A stretch of DNA of 63,520 nucleotides, filler included, from Methanobacteriota archaeon (lineage in GTDB: Archaea; JACRDV01), in the NCBI GenBank assembly GCA_024860865.1. It is 6 parts of 6 records of this genome, joined end to end, with 100 filler letters (N's around TTAATTAATTAA, not from the genome) between each part and the next. Parts side by side here need not be neighbours in the genome. Positions count along the whole stretch, not along the records: positions 28,620 to 53,047 come from JACRDV010000082.1; 5 more parts are not named here. One strand, written 5' to 3'. The notes under the pieces are model-generated. The model was not told where the DNA came from. It saw only the letters and a program-made list of their open reading frames with translations, and did no database searches. Positions 30,681 through 39,871 of this stretch are shown here, in pieces (within the stretch, counting starts at the first letter, position 1; each line of letters begins with the position of its first letter). Made by a program: the position numbers and the translations under genes.

Positions 30681-32033
30681 ATGTCCTCTATACCTAATCT
30701 TTCCTATTTTCTAAGTCAAATTAACTTACGAATTTACAACGGTTGCTTACGAATCGATAATGCTATAGAAGGTGTTCTTGACTTAAACTGGTTAGAAGAA
30801 CATAAGCTTTTGTACCAGAAAATACCTGGGGCATATCCCTATGCCAAGAGACTTTTACTTTCAGGCCAAAATGGACAACCATGGGGGATAGTAAATCTTC
30901 GAGCTATAAATCCGGTTGATCCTATAGATCATAGAAAGAGACATTCTAACATCTCCGAAACGTACTTAAAACCTCCTAATCAAATGAATGAGGGTAACTA
31001 TAATTACATCACCTGTTTAAATACATACGACGCTTATGGTCAAAAAGTAAAATGCGTACCATTTATTATGCCAAATCCTGATTTTGGTATGTGCGCACAG
31101 GCATCGGTCTGGATATGCCTTAAAATCCTTGAAGGGAAAAGCCGAGGAGCTGTGCCTTCGAAAACAATCCCAGAGATCCAACATTTGGCAACCGGTTATC
31201 ACTTTTCGGATGCACGTGGTCTTTTGTTTTCTCATATACGTAGACTCATAAAAATGAACAATTGCAATTCTTTTTATTACAATAATAAACTGATGGATCT
31301 CAGTGATGATGAAATGGTAAATATCATCTATGCTTATGTAGAATCTGGTCTTCCTGTCATAATAGGAATAGACGTAAGTAGAGTCAAATGGTGGGATAAT
31401 CACCCTACAGGGTATCATTCAGTAGTGCTAATAGGGCATACAATTGATGGAGATACAGGAAAAGTTAATGGATTTATTCTTCATGATGAGAGCAAATACC
31501 CTTACCTTACTATAACGAGTGATGAACTGCTAAATGCATGGGGTCATAAAAAAGATAGCACTAATAGCCAAGTAATAAGGGAAGCAGTCGTGGGCGTGCC
31601 TCCTGTAGTACAAGTCGGGTATGAGAATGCTTTAAAATGGAGATACCTACTTGATTCGCTACATCTAGGAGGACTAATAAAAACAAACCAATTTCCTATC
31701 CGTCCTTTTCTTCTTAGTTATACAGATGTTAACATTCTTTTTAAAGAATTTGAATTTAGCAATACAAATTTTAAGAAATTATTCTATCAGTACTTTAGTA
31801 AAATTCCACCAAAAGCATGGATGTGGCTACTTATCTTGCATGTTCATGAGAAACAAAGATTACAAAATGAGTTTGAGGGATTAATTCTATCGGATGCTAC
31901 AGAAAACGATAATTTATTGTTTCTTGCAGTAGAAGAAAAGATTATTATCTACTTATCGTCGGATGATAATAAGTACTATCAAGTCATACTTCAAAATGGC
32001 GAGGTTAAAGAAGAAGTGCTAGAGATTAGGTGA
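30681..32033 (+). CDS. Hypothetical protein with a papain-like (C39-like) cysteine peptidase domain
   Basis: GMCAQAS (Cys), YVESGLPVII, HSVVLIGH (His), FILHDE (Asp). Confidence 0.65.
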   Translation: MSSIPNLSYFLSQINLRIYNGCLRIDNAIEGVLDLNWLEEHKLLYQKIPGAYPYAKRLLLSGQNGQPWGIVNLRAINPVDPIDHRKRHSNISETYLKPPNQMNEGNYNYITCLNTYDAYGQKVKCVPFIMPNPDFGMCAQASVWICLKILEGKSRGAVPSKTIPEIQHLATGYHFSDARGLLFSHIRRLIKMNNCNSFYYNNKLMDLSDDEMVNIIYAYVESGLPVIIGIDVSRVKWWDNHPTGYHSVVLIGHTIDGDTGKVNGFILHDESKYPYLTITSDELLNAWGHKKDSTNSQVIREAVVGVPPVVQVGYENALKWRYLLDSLHLGGLIKTNQFPIRPFLLSYTDVNILFKEFEFSNTNFKKLFYQYFSKIPPKAWMWLLILHVHEKQRLQNEFEGLILSDATENDNLLFLAVEEKIIIYLSSDDNKYYQVILQNGEVKEEVLEIR

Positions 32034-32285
32034 TAATTTTTTCACTCGTGAATAGTTCAAAAATATATATAACAACAAAAACCCTTTACGAGTTAAACCT
32101 TATATAACACTAAAAATTTTATTTTTTGAAATTGTTTCTATCGGATAGAGATGATCATTTGCTAGTTTTAGAGTGCTTAACTATATGAGCCAAAATAGAA
32201 AGTATCTGCCATCAGTGGAAATTGAAAATTATTTTGAGTTATACTTAAATGACATAAAACACATGTAAAAAAGGAGGAAGTATAT

Positions 32286-32531
32286 ATGCAATCTTCTATT
32301 GCAGGAGAGTCTGAAACTGATAAAAAAATTTGGTATACTTATCATAGCAACGCTCTTCAAGCAGCAAGGGAAGCTATCGAGTTAGATGAATCTATTAAGG
32401 TTCGGCCTAAGGATGAGGATAAAAATTTAATTTGTGTAAGAAACAGTTTGCCTCCGGAGTTCTCAGAGAAGAAATTGCTCGAGTTTACGAAGACTGGAAC
32501 AAAAAAAGCTGGGAATAAAGAGAGGAAATAA
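32286..32531 (+). CDS. Hypothetical protein
   Basis: 81-aa ORF with AGGAGG upstream. Confidence 0.45.
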   Translation: MQSSIAGESETDKKIWYTYHSNALQAAREAIELDESIKVRPKDEDKNLICVRNSLPPEFSEKKLLEFTKTGTKKAGNKERK

Positions 32532-32604
32532 ATAAATTTGTAAAGGAGTAACCCGAAGTAAAACGAAGGTTATAGGTGATTCCACGAAAGTTAATTGCTT
32601 TTGT

Positions 32605-33015
32605 ATGTGTAGAGGACGTGAAGCTCCAGCCCTAACTGTTGATGCTATAATCCAAAAAAACGATGGAACTATTGTTTTGATTAAAAGAAAAAAAGAACCA
32701 TTTAGAGAATGCTGGGCTCTCCCAGGTGGATTTGTAGAGTGTGGAGAAACTGTTGAACAAGCTGCAAAAAGAGAGTCAAAAGAGGAAACTGGTTTAGATG
32801 TATCTGTTACCAAATTAGTTAACGTGTACTCTGATCCAATGAGAGATCCTAGAGGCCACGTTGTATCGATTTGTTTTTTAACTGAAGAACTTGGAGGTAA
32901 ATTGTTTAAAGAAACGCCAGAAACTTTCGTCCAAACGTTTAATAGAGATGAACTAAAAAATTTAAAGTTTGCGTTTGATCATCTTCAAATGCTTAAGGAT
33001 GCAAATATTCTCTGA
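32605..33015 (+). CDS. Nudix hydrolase (ADP-ribose pyrophosphatase-like)
   Basis: WALPGGFVECGETVEQAAKRESKEETGL, RDPRGHVVS, AFDH. Confidence 0.92.
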   Translation: MCRGREAPALTVDAIIQKNDGTIVLIKRKKEPFRECWALPGGFVECGETVEQAAKRESKEETGLDVSVTKLVNVYSDPMRDPRGHVVSICFLTEELGGKLFKETPETFVQTFNRDELKNLKFAFDHLQMLKDANIL

Positions 33016-33024
33016 GGTCTTTTT

Positions 33025-33354
33025 ATGGAATTTTGCCCAAAATGTGGCAGTTTGCTTTTACCACAAGAAAATGAGGGAAAATTTTCGCTTATTTGCAGGA
33101 AATGTGGCTTTATAAAAGATTCGTTTGACCACAATAGCTACCGATTTAATGAAGCGGTTAAGCCAAGGAATGCAATCGTTGTAGCTGATATAGAAGGAAA
33201 GATAGATCTTTTACCGAAAATTAATGCTGCGTGTAAGAAGTGCGGAAATTTTGAAGCATACTGGTGGATGCAACAAACTCGCGCTGCTGACGAACCTGAA
33301 ACCCGATTTTATCGCTGCACTAAGTGCGGATTCACCTGGAGAGAATTTAGCTGA
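33025..33354 (+). CDS. tfs: Transcription factor S (TFS/RpoM)
   Basis: MEFCPKCGSLL, QQTRAADEPETRFYRCTKC. Confidence 0.95.
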   Translation: MEFCPKCGSLLLPQENEGKFSLICRKCGFIKDSFDHNSYRFNEAVKPRNAIVVADIEGKIDLLPKINAACKKCGNFEAYWWMQQTRAADEPETRFYRCTKCGFTWREFS

Positions 33355-33408
33355 TCTTCAAAGGGCAAAACTTAACTCTTTATATACTAATGAGATATTG
33401 GGAAAGCT

Positions 33409-33771
33409 ATGGAAGCCTTTGAAAAATCCATTTATAAGTATGCCTCGGCTGTAGAACGAAAAATAAAAGACATTGACCCGGCAAAAGATGCTAAAGTTAA
33501 AGTTCTAGGAATTGTTGTAAATAAAGGCATAGCTGAGGGATCATTTATTATTGATGATGGCAGCGGCCAGGCATTAATTTCTATTGATGACCCAACGCTT
33601 TTAGATAACATCAAGGAGGGAATCCCTGTCAGAGTTTTAGGGGTTCCAATTAAACGAGAGACTACGATAGAGATAATGGCGGAGATTCTACAAAACATGG
33701 AAAAACTTGATATGGAATTGTTTAAACAAATAAAAGAAATTGAAGAAAAAATAAAAAAATCTCGCTTTTAG
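33409..33771 (+). CDS. OB-fold protein, RPA small-subunit-like
   Basis: AVERKIKDI, KVKVLGIVV, FIIDDGSG, AEILQNMEKLDMELF. Confidence 0.7.
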   Translation: MEAFEKSIYKYASAVERKIKDIDPAKDAKVKVLGIVVNKGIAEGSFIIDDGSGQALISIDDPTLLDNIKEGIPVRVLGVPIKRETTIEIMAEILQNMEKLDMELFKQIKEIEEKIKKSRF

Positions 33772-33783
33772 GGGTGAATTTTT

Positions 33784-34542
33784 TTGGCCTTCCGTGCAGT
33801 AATGAGTGAAGCTCGAACCATGAAGTCTCTTGCTGAAGCTATTTCAAATCTAATTGATGAAGGTGCTTTAAGAGCAACAAAAGAGGGCATCAAAATGAGG
33901 GCAGTTGATCCTGCTCATGTTGCAATGGTAATTCTTGATTTATCTTCCAAGGCATTTGAAGAATATGAAGTAGATGGAGAGACTGTTCTTGGGATAGATC
34001 TTGAAAAATTCAACACTATTTTACGGCGTGCAGGCCCAAATGAAAGGTTAGAAATGAAGTTGGATGAAGGCACCAATCGCCTAAAAATTACTGTTAGAGG
34101 GATTTCTACAAGGTCATTCAATTTGCCATTAATTGAGGTATCTGAAGAAGAGCTCAGAGTGCCCCAAATTGATTATCCTGCTCAACTTAAAATTGATGCT
34201 GGCGTAATACGTGAGGGATTAAAAGATGCTGAAACAGTATCTGACCATGTGGCACTAGAAGTCGACAAGAACACATTTTATATGCGAGCGAGCGGTGATG
34301 CTGGCGATGTTGAGGTCAAACTAGGAAAAGATGATGAAGCTATGGTTGAGCTAAATGTTAAGGAGACAGTGAAGTCGTTGTTTAGCATCGAATATTTAGA
34401 TGATATGATGAAAGCTTCGTTAGCGACTGATGTAGTTTTAATCAGCTTAGGCAACAATCTGCCAGTTCTTCTTGAGCTCAAACTCGGGGCAGAGGTTGGA
34501 AAAATAGTATTCCTATTGGCTCCACGAATTGAAACTGCTTGA
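33784..34542 (+). CDS. pcn: DNA polymerase sliding clamp PCNA
   Basis: RAVDPAHVAMV, FSIEYLDDM, FLLAPRIE. Confidence 0.96.
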   Translation: MAFRAVMSEARTMKSLAEAISNLIDEGALRATKEGIKMRAVDPAHVAMVILDLSSKAFEEYEVDGETVLGIDLEKFNTILRRAGPNERLEMKLDEGTNRLKITVRGISTRSFNLPLIEVSEEELRVPQIDYPAQLKIDAGVIREGLKDAETVSDHVALEVDKNTFYMRASGDAGDVEVKLGKDDEAMVELNVKETVKSLFSIEYLDDMMKASLATDVVLISLGNNLPVLLELKLGAEVGKIVFLLAPRIETA

Positions 34543-34631
34543 ATTAATTAATTTTTAACCACCATCCCTTTAAATCACAGTTCGACTTCCAAATATTAAA
34601 TTTAATATCTTCTGTTTTACTCTTACTGATT

Positions 34632-35660
34632 ATGGTTGGATTGGAATATCTCGCTAAGTACCCCTTTACAAGGGAAGCATCTGGATATGTTGCTCAACTC
34701 AATATTAATCCGGTTGACCTTATAACAGAGAGAGCTTACTTAAATACTAGGGAAAGGGGCAAAGCCAGAGTTTTTGAAAGTTTGGAATTTGGGCTTATCC
34801 AAAATAAATCATCTGAACACCTAACTGAATTACTTTCATATCCCTTTGCTCGAATTATTGTTTCGCTTGTTAATGATAGGTACCTTATTAGACGCTATGC
34901 CTTGGCTGAGGCTAAGAGAGCCTACGGATTTCTAATTAATGAAGACACAAATAGGTTACTAGAAATTGCACAACGCACATTCGGTTTAAATGTAAGGCTT
35001 GTTGAGGAAAATCTAACTTTGCCTTTTATTTTCAAAATGTATTTTACTGATTATCTCAACCTTACAGAGAATCTCAGAGCGATAGAATGGAAACTAATCA
35101 ATCGATTGCTTGTTAAAGGCCACGTTTTACTTAGGAAGAGAGAGTTTGCTAGATTAATTTCTGAAAATTTGAAAAGAAAGACCGAGCGCGAATTGCCACT
35201 TAAGCTAGACAGGAAGTTAGAAGCTCATTATGAAAATATCGTTCAAGAAGTTCATAGAGTTCTTATTGAGAGAAAACCAAGCATGGAAGTTTTTCTCCCG
35301 AAAAAGGCCGAAATCCAATCATCGCCCCCTTGTATGAAAAGCCTATTGGGAGCAGTTCAAGCTGGAGAAAATGTCCCTCACCAAGGAAGATTTGCCATAA
35401 CAGCTTTTTTGCTTAACATTGGCATGAAAATTGATGAAATAATTCAACTTTACTCAGCTTTCCCAGACTTTGATGAAAAGAAAACGAGATATCAGCTGGA
35501 GCATATCTGCGGGTTGCATGGATCTCACATTAAATATGCCCCGCCCTCTTGCAGTACCCTTAAGACTTTCAACCTTTGTTTAGATCCTGATGAACTCTGT
35601 CAAAGAATTAAACATCCTCTCACGTATTATAAACTGAAGTTGAGTGGAACAAATGGATGA
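34632..35660 (+). CDS. priL: DNA primase large subunit
   Basis: AKYPFT, RYALAEAKR, PPCM, HQGRF, PDFDEKKTRYQLEHI, PPSC...C...C. Confidence 0.93.
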   Translation: MVGLEYLAKYPFTREASGYVAQLNINPVDLITERAYLNTRERGKARVFESLEFGLIQNKSSEHLTELLSYPFARIIVSLVNDRYLIRRYALAEAKRAYGFLINEDTNRLLEIAQRTFGLNVRLVEENLTLPFIFKMYFTDYLNLTENLRAIEWKLINRLLVKGHVLLRKREFARLISENLKRKTERELPLKLDRKLEAHYENIVQEVHRVLIERKPSMEVFLPKKAEIQSSPPCMKSLLGAVQAGENVPHQGRFAITAFLLNIGMKIDEIIQLYSAFPDFDEKKTRYQLEHICGLHGSHIKYAPPSCSTLKTFNLCLDPDELCQRIKHPLTYYKLKLSGTNG

Positions 35661-36894
35661 AATAACTCAAAAATTTATTGCTAAAAAATTTAGCGAATAC
35701 TATAAGACTGTTGAACTATGGACTCCACCAGAATTTGAAAAACGTGAATTTGGGTTCATACCTTTTGGCGGGGGGATGATGATACGTCACAGAGCTTTCC
35801 AATCCAAAATTGAATTGCAAAATTATCTTCAAAGAACTGCTCCAGCCCATGCTTATCATTCTTCTGCCTATTATCAGAATCCAAGCGCAAGTACAATGAA
35901 TGAAAAACGATGGCAAGGAGCTGACCTCATTTTTGATTTGGATGTGGACCATATCGACACGCCGTGCAAACAAGTGCACGATAGCTGGAGTTGCAGGTGT
36001 GGCTATGTTGGAAAAGGAATTAAACCTGAAAAGTGTCCTAAATGTGGAGGAACCAAATTTTCTGAGCTCAATTGGTTGTGTGATGAGTGTTTAACCGCAA
36101 TTAAAAAAGAAGCGTTAAAACTCATTTATGAATTTTTATTAAATGATTTTGGATTCAAAGAAAATGACTTGTCAGTTAACTTTTCAGGGGCGCGAGGGTA
36201 CCATATTCATGTTAGGTCAAAATCAGTTAGAGAATTATCCCAAGTTGGGCGCAGAGAAATTGTAGATTACATAAGAGCAGAGGGGTTATTCCCAGAGTTT
36301 CATGGACTCAGAAAAGATAAGGGGCGCATAGTTGGACCTAAACTCACAGACCCCGGATGGCGAGGCAAATTAGCTAAAGTAGCCCTGGAGTTTCTGGCTC
36401 AAGCTACTATTGAAGATTTAAAACAGCTCCCAGAAATTGGAGAGAAAAGCGCTGCTAAAATCATTGAGAACAAAGCTCGAATTATCAAAGCTCTTAAAGA
36501 GGGATATTGGGATGCATTGCCAGTCAGGAGCTCCAGCCATTTCTGGTTAAATTTACTTAAAATTGGAGCGGTGAAGTTAGGAGGAGAGATTGACCAGCCT
36601 GTAACAGCTGATGTAAAAAGATTGATTAGACTTCCTACTACAATTCATGGGAAAACTAGCTTTAGAGCAACTCAAATTTCGATAAATAAACTTGAAGGCT
36701 TTGATCCTTTATCAGAAGCTGTTGTGTTTGGAAAAAAAGAAATCTCAGTTCAAATAAATGAAGCCCCAAAGTTCAGACTTGGTGAAGAAATTTTTGGGCC
36801 ATTTAAGAATGAAAAAGTAGTTCTACCTGAAGCCGCTGCAATGTTTTTAATTTGTAGAGGAGTTGCAAAACTAAATGGAAAAACTAACATATGA
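35653..36894 (+). CDS. priS: DNA primase small (catalytic) subunit with an extended Zn-binding insert
   Basis: REFGF, DLIFDLDVDH, FSGARGYHIH, IDQPVTADVKRLIRLP. Confidence 0.95.
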   Translation: MDEITQKFIAKKFSEYYKTVELWTPPEFEKREFGFIPFGGGMMIRHRAFQSKIELQNYLQRTAPAHAYHSSAYYQNPSASTMNEKRWQGADLIFDLDVDHIDTPCKQVHDSWSCRCGYVGKGIKPEKCPKCGGTKFSELNWLCDECLTAIKKEALKLIYEFLLNDFGFKENDLSVNFSGARGYHIHVRSKSVRELSQVGRREIVDYIRAEGLFPEFHGLRKDKGRIVGPKLTDPGWRGKLAKVALEFLAQATIEDLKQLPEIGEKSAAKIIENKARIIKALKEGYWDALPVRSSSHFWLNLLKIGAVKLGGEIDQPVTADVKRLIRLPTTIHGKTSFRATQISINKLEGFDPLSEAVVFGKKEISVQINEAPKFRLGEEIFGPFKNEKVVLPEAAAMFLICRGVAKLNGKTNI

Positions 36895-37495
36895 AAAACT
36901 TCGCCAAATTCAGCACGAAGAACAAAACTCATCGAGAATTCAAGCAGTTGATGAAAATTTTTATGAAATGTTACAAAACTATATACAAGAATTACAGAAA
37001 GCATATTCGGAAAGTCAAAAAAAGGGATTTTCATCTAACGTTGTAGTATTAGAAGATGAACTTAAAAATGCGCGCAGGGCAATAGAGACAATTTATGATA
37101 TACGCGAGCGAAAAATAGTTTTACAAGCTATGGCAACAGCTAGAAGCAAGAAAGAAACTGAGATTGAAAATCTTACTCCTGAAGAAAAAAAGCTTTTCGA
37201 AGCTTTAGTCAAAGGGCTTAAAGAGCAACGAGACCAATTTCTTATAAAAATTCTTTCAGGTGAGCAAAAACCTGAACTCCCAATTAAAATCATTGAGATG
37301 CCAAAAATTGAACAAAAAGCCCCGGTAATCCCAATAACTCTCATTCGATTCGTAAAAAATATCGATGCTATAGTTGGAGTTGATGGCAAAACTTATGGTG
37401 CTTTTAAAAATGAAGATATAGCTGCTCTACCAGCTTTAAATGCAAAGGTTCTGATTGAACGAGGAGTTGCTAGGGAAATTAACTTAAAGACGTAG
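36875..37495 (+). CDS. GINS complex subunit (Gins15/Gins51 type)
   Basis: IYDIRERKIV, NLTPEEK, C-terminal B domain IVGVDGKTYG...NAKVLIERG; follows priS. Confidence 0.85.
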   Translation: MEKLTYEKLRQIQHEEQNSSRIQAVDENFYEMLQNYIQELQKAYSESQKKGFSSNVVVLEDELKNARRAIETIYDIRERKIVLQAMATARSKKETEIENLTPEEKKLFEALVKGLKEQRDQFLIKILSGEQKPELPIKIIEMPKIEQKAPVIPITLIRFVKNIDAIVGVDGKTYGAFKNEDIAALPALNAKVLIERGVAREINLKT

Positions 37496-37612
37496 CTCAA
37501 AAAATTAGATGCTGACCAGACTGCGTTGTTGGTCTCACAAAATCGAACAGTCTCAGAAAGCCATATTAAATAAAACGTAACTCTAACAGCTCAGAGGTCG
37601 ATAAAGGTGAAA

Positions 37613-37885
37613 ATGCCCCGAAAAATCCGAACTTTCTGCCCTCATTGTAAAAAACATACTCAACATGAAGTTCATGCTGTAAAGAAGCGAGCTCGTGGAG
37701 AGCTTAGCTGGGGACAACGCCATTTCAGAGAAGTTTACAAAGGATATGGCGGATTTCCTAGACCGAAACCATCGAGCGAAAAACCAACAAAAAAAGTTGA
37801 CCTTCGCTTTAAGTGTAAAGAGTGTGGAAAGGAGCACATGCGAGGAAAAGGCTTTCGTATAAAGACGCTTGAATTTACTGAGTAG
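37613..37885 (+). CDS. rpl44e: 50S ribosomal protein L44e (eL42)
   Basis: [41 protein letters not shown]. Confidence 0.96.
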   Translation: MPRKIRTFCPHCKKHTQHEVHAVKKRARGELSWGQRHFREVYKGYGGFPRPKPSSEKPTKKVDLRFKCKECGKEHMRGKGFRIKTLEFTE

Positions 37886-37895
37886 GAGGATTTAA

Positions 37896-38087
37896 TTGAC
37901 AAAAAAAGTCGTCACTCAACCAAAAAGTAGGTTCTTAAAAGTCAAATGTTCAGATTGCGGAAATGAACAAGTGATCTTTGGTTGTGCAAGCACTAACATT
38001 CGATGTTTAGTTTGTGAAAAAACATTAGCTGAGCCTCTTGGCGGAAAAGCTGAAATTAAAACCAAAATAATTGAAGTTTTGGAGTGA
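37896..38087 (+). CDS. rps27e: 30S ribosomal protein S27e
   Basis: [28 protein letters not shown]. Confidence 0.96.
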   Translation: MTKKVVTQPKSRFLKVKCSDCGNEQVIFGCASTNIRCLVCEKTLAEPLGGKAEIKTKIIEVLE

Positions 38088-38095
38088 TTAAATAA

Positions 38096-38905
38096 TTGGC
38101 TCTAAAAATAAAAGAATTTCCAGAAGAAGGCGACTTAATAATTGCCACTGTAACCAAAGTCATGCCTTACGGAGCATTTGTAAAACTTGATGAGTACGCG
38201 GACAGAGAAGGATTAATTCACGTCTCTGAAGTAGCTTCAACTTGGGTTAGAAACATAAGAGACCATGTTCGAGAGGGACAAAAAGCCGTTGCTCGAGTTT
38301 TAAGAGTTGACCCAACAAAAGGGCATATCGACCTCTCTTTAAAAAGAATTACTGACCAACAAAAGCGAGATAAAATCCAAGAATGGAAGCGCGCTCAAAA
38401 AGCTGAGAAATTATTAGGGCTTGCTGCTAAAAAAATGAGGAAGCGATTGAAAAAAGCATATGAAGAAATTGGCTCAAAGCTTGAGGAAAAATATGGAGAG
38501 CTGTATGCTGCCTTTGAGGATGCTGCTAAAAAAGGAAAGGATGCTTTAGTAGCAATAGGAATCCCAGAAAAATGGGCCGATACTTTGACCAAAATCGCCC
38601 AAGAAAATGTTGAATTTCCAAGCGTTGAAATTGTTGGTTATGTTGACCTAAAGTGTCCTGGTCCAACCGGTATAGAAACAATTAAAGATGCTTTGCTAAA
38701 AACTAAAGAAATAAGTGAGGATGATGCTAAATTAGAAGTAACATACGTAGGCGCGCCAAGATATCGAATTCATGTAACTGCACCTGACTATAAACTTGCT
38801 GAAAAGGTGCTTGAAAAAGCAGTTGAGGCAACAACTTCAACGGTTGAAAAAGCTGGCGGGAGCGCAGAGTTCCATCGATTGACTAAAAAAGGAGTAGTGA
38901 TATGA
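38096..38905 (+). CDS. eif2a: Translation initiation factor 2 alpha subunit
   Basis: FPEEGDL S1 domain, GLIHVSEVASTWVRNI, KGHIDLSLKR, YVGAPRYRI. Confidence 0.96.
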   Translation: MALKIKEFPEEGDLIIATVTKVMPYGAFVKLDEYADREGLIHVSEVASTWVRNIRDHVREGQKAVARVLRVDPTKGHIDLSLKRITDQQKRDKIQEWKRAQKAEKLLGLAAKKMRKRLKKAYEEIGSKLEEKYGELYAAFEDAAKKGKDALVAIGIPEKWADTLTKIAQENVEFPSVEIVGYVDLKCPGPTGIETIKDALLKTKEISEDDAKLEVTYVGAPRYRIHVTAPDYKLAEKVLEKAVEATTSTVEKAGGSAEFHRLTKKGVVI

Positions 38906-39093
38906 AATATCGACTCTGGAAGTGCGAAGTGTGCAATCAGTATACTATCCACCAAGATAAATGTCCATATTGTGGGGGGAAATTAAAAGTCCCACATCCG
39001 CCAAAATTCTCGCCTGAAGATCCTTATGGAAAATATCGAAGGAAATTAAAAAAAGAAATCTTAGTGAGGGAGGACAAATGGAAAAAACATTGA
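38902..39093 (+). CDS. nop10: H/ACA RNP protein Nop10
   Basis: CEVC..YT..CPYCG, PHPPKFSPEDPYGKYR. Confidence 0.95.
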   Translation: MKYRLWKCEVCNQYTIHQDKCPYCGGKLKVPHPPKFSPEDPYGKYRRKLKKEILVREDKWKKH

Positions 39094-39857
39094 TCAGGTT
39101 GTTTAAAGAGCCGAAACTCGATAATCCAATGTTTATCGAGGGATTACCTGGAATCGGGCATGTCGGCAAGTTGGCAGCTGAGCATTTAGTTGCTGAGCTA
39201 AAAGCCGAGAAGATTGGAGAGGTCTATTCACCTTCATTTCCACCTCAGGTTCTGATAAAATCTGATGGTACAGTAGAGCTGATGAAAAATGAGGTATTCT
39301 TTTGGAGAGGTAAAAAGCCTCAAAGCGATTTGCTTCTCTTGGTTGGGAATACTCAAGGTTTAACACCCGAAGGGCAATATGATTTGGCTGATAAAATTCT
39401 TGATTTAGTTGAAAAATTTGGAGTTAAAAAGATGTTTACATTAGGTGGATTCGCAACTGGAAAACTTGTGGAAGAACCTAGGGTCTTTGGGGCAGTTACT
39501 GACACAGAGCTAGCAAAAGAATTAGAAAAATACGGGGTTGTGGTCAAGGGAGAAGAGGGCGGTGGCATAGTTGGAGCTTCAGGGTTATTGTTAGGCCTAG
39601 GCAAAGTGCGTGGAATGCAAGGTATTTGCTTGCTTGGAGAAACATCAGGGTACCTAGTAGATGCAAGGTCTGCACAAGCTGTTTTGGAAGTTCTAACAAA
39701 AATGCTCGGTGTTAAAATTAATATGACTGAACTCGAAAACCGAGCAAAGGATACAGAGAAATTCATTTCGAGATTGCAAGAAATGGAACGGCGGGCTTTA
39801 GAGCAAATGCCAAGGCGGGTTCCAGCAAGTGAAGAAGACCTCAGATACATTGGTTAA
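39078..39857 (+). CDS. PAC2-family proteasome assembly chaperone
   Basis: IEGLPGIGHVGKL, FPPQV, GGIVGASGLLLG, CLLGETSGY; conserved position after nop10. Confidence 0.9.
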   Translation: MEKTLIRLFKEPKLDNPMFIEGLPGIGHVGKLAAEHLVAELKAEKIGEVYSPSFPPQVLIKSDGTVELMKNEVFFWRGKKPQSDLLLLVGNTQGLTPEGQYDLADKILDLVEKFGVKKMFTLGGFATGKLVEEPRVFGAVTDTELAKELEKYGVVVKGEEGGGIVGASGLLLGLGKVRGMQGICLLGETSGYLVDARSAQAVLEVLTKMLGVKINMTELENRAKDTEKFISRLQEMERRALEQMPRRVPASEEDLRYIG

Positions 39858-39871
39858 AGTGTTCTCAGGAA

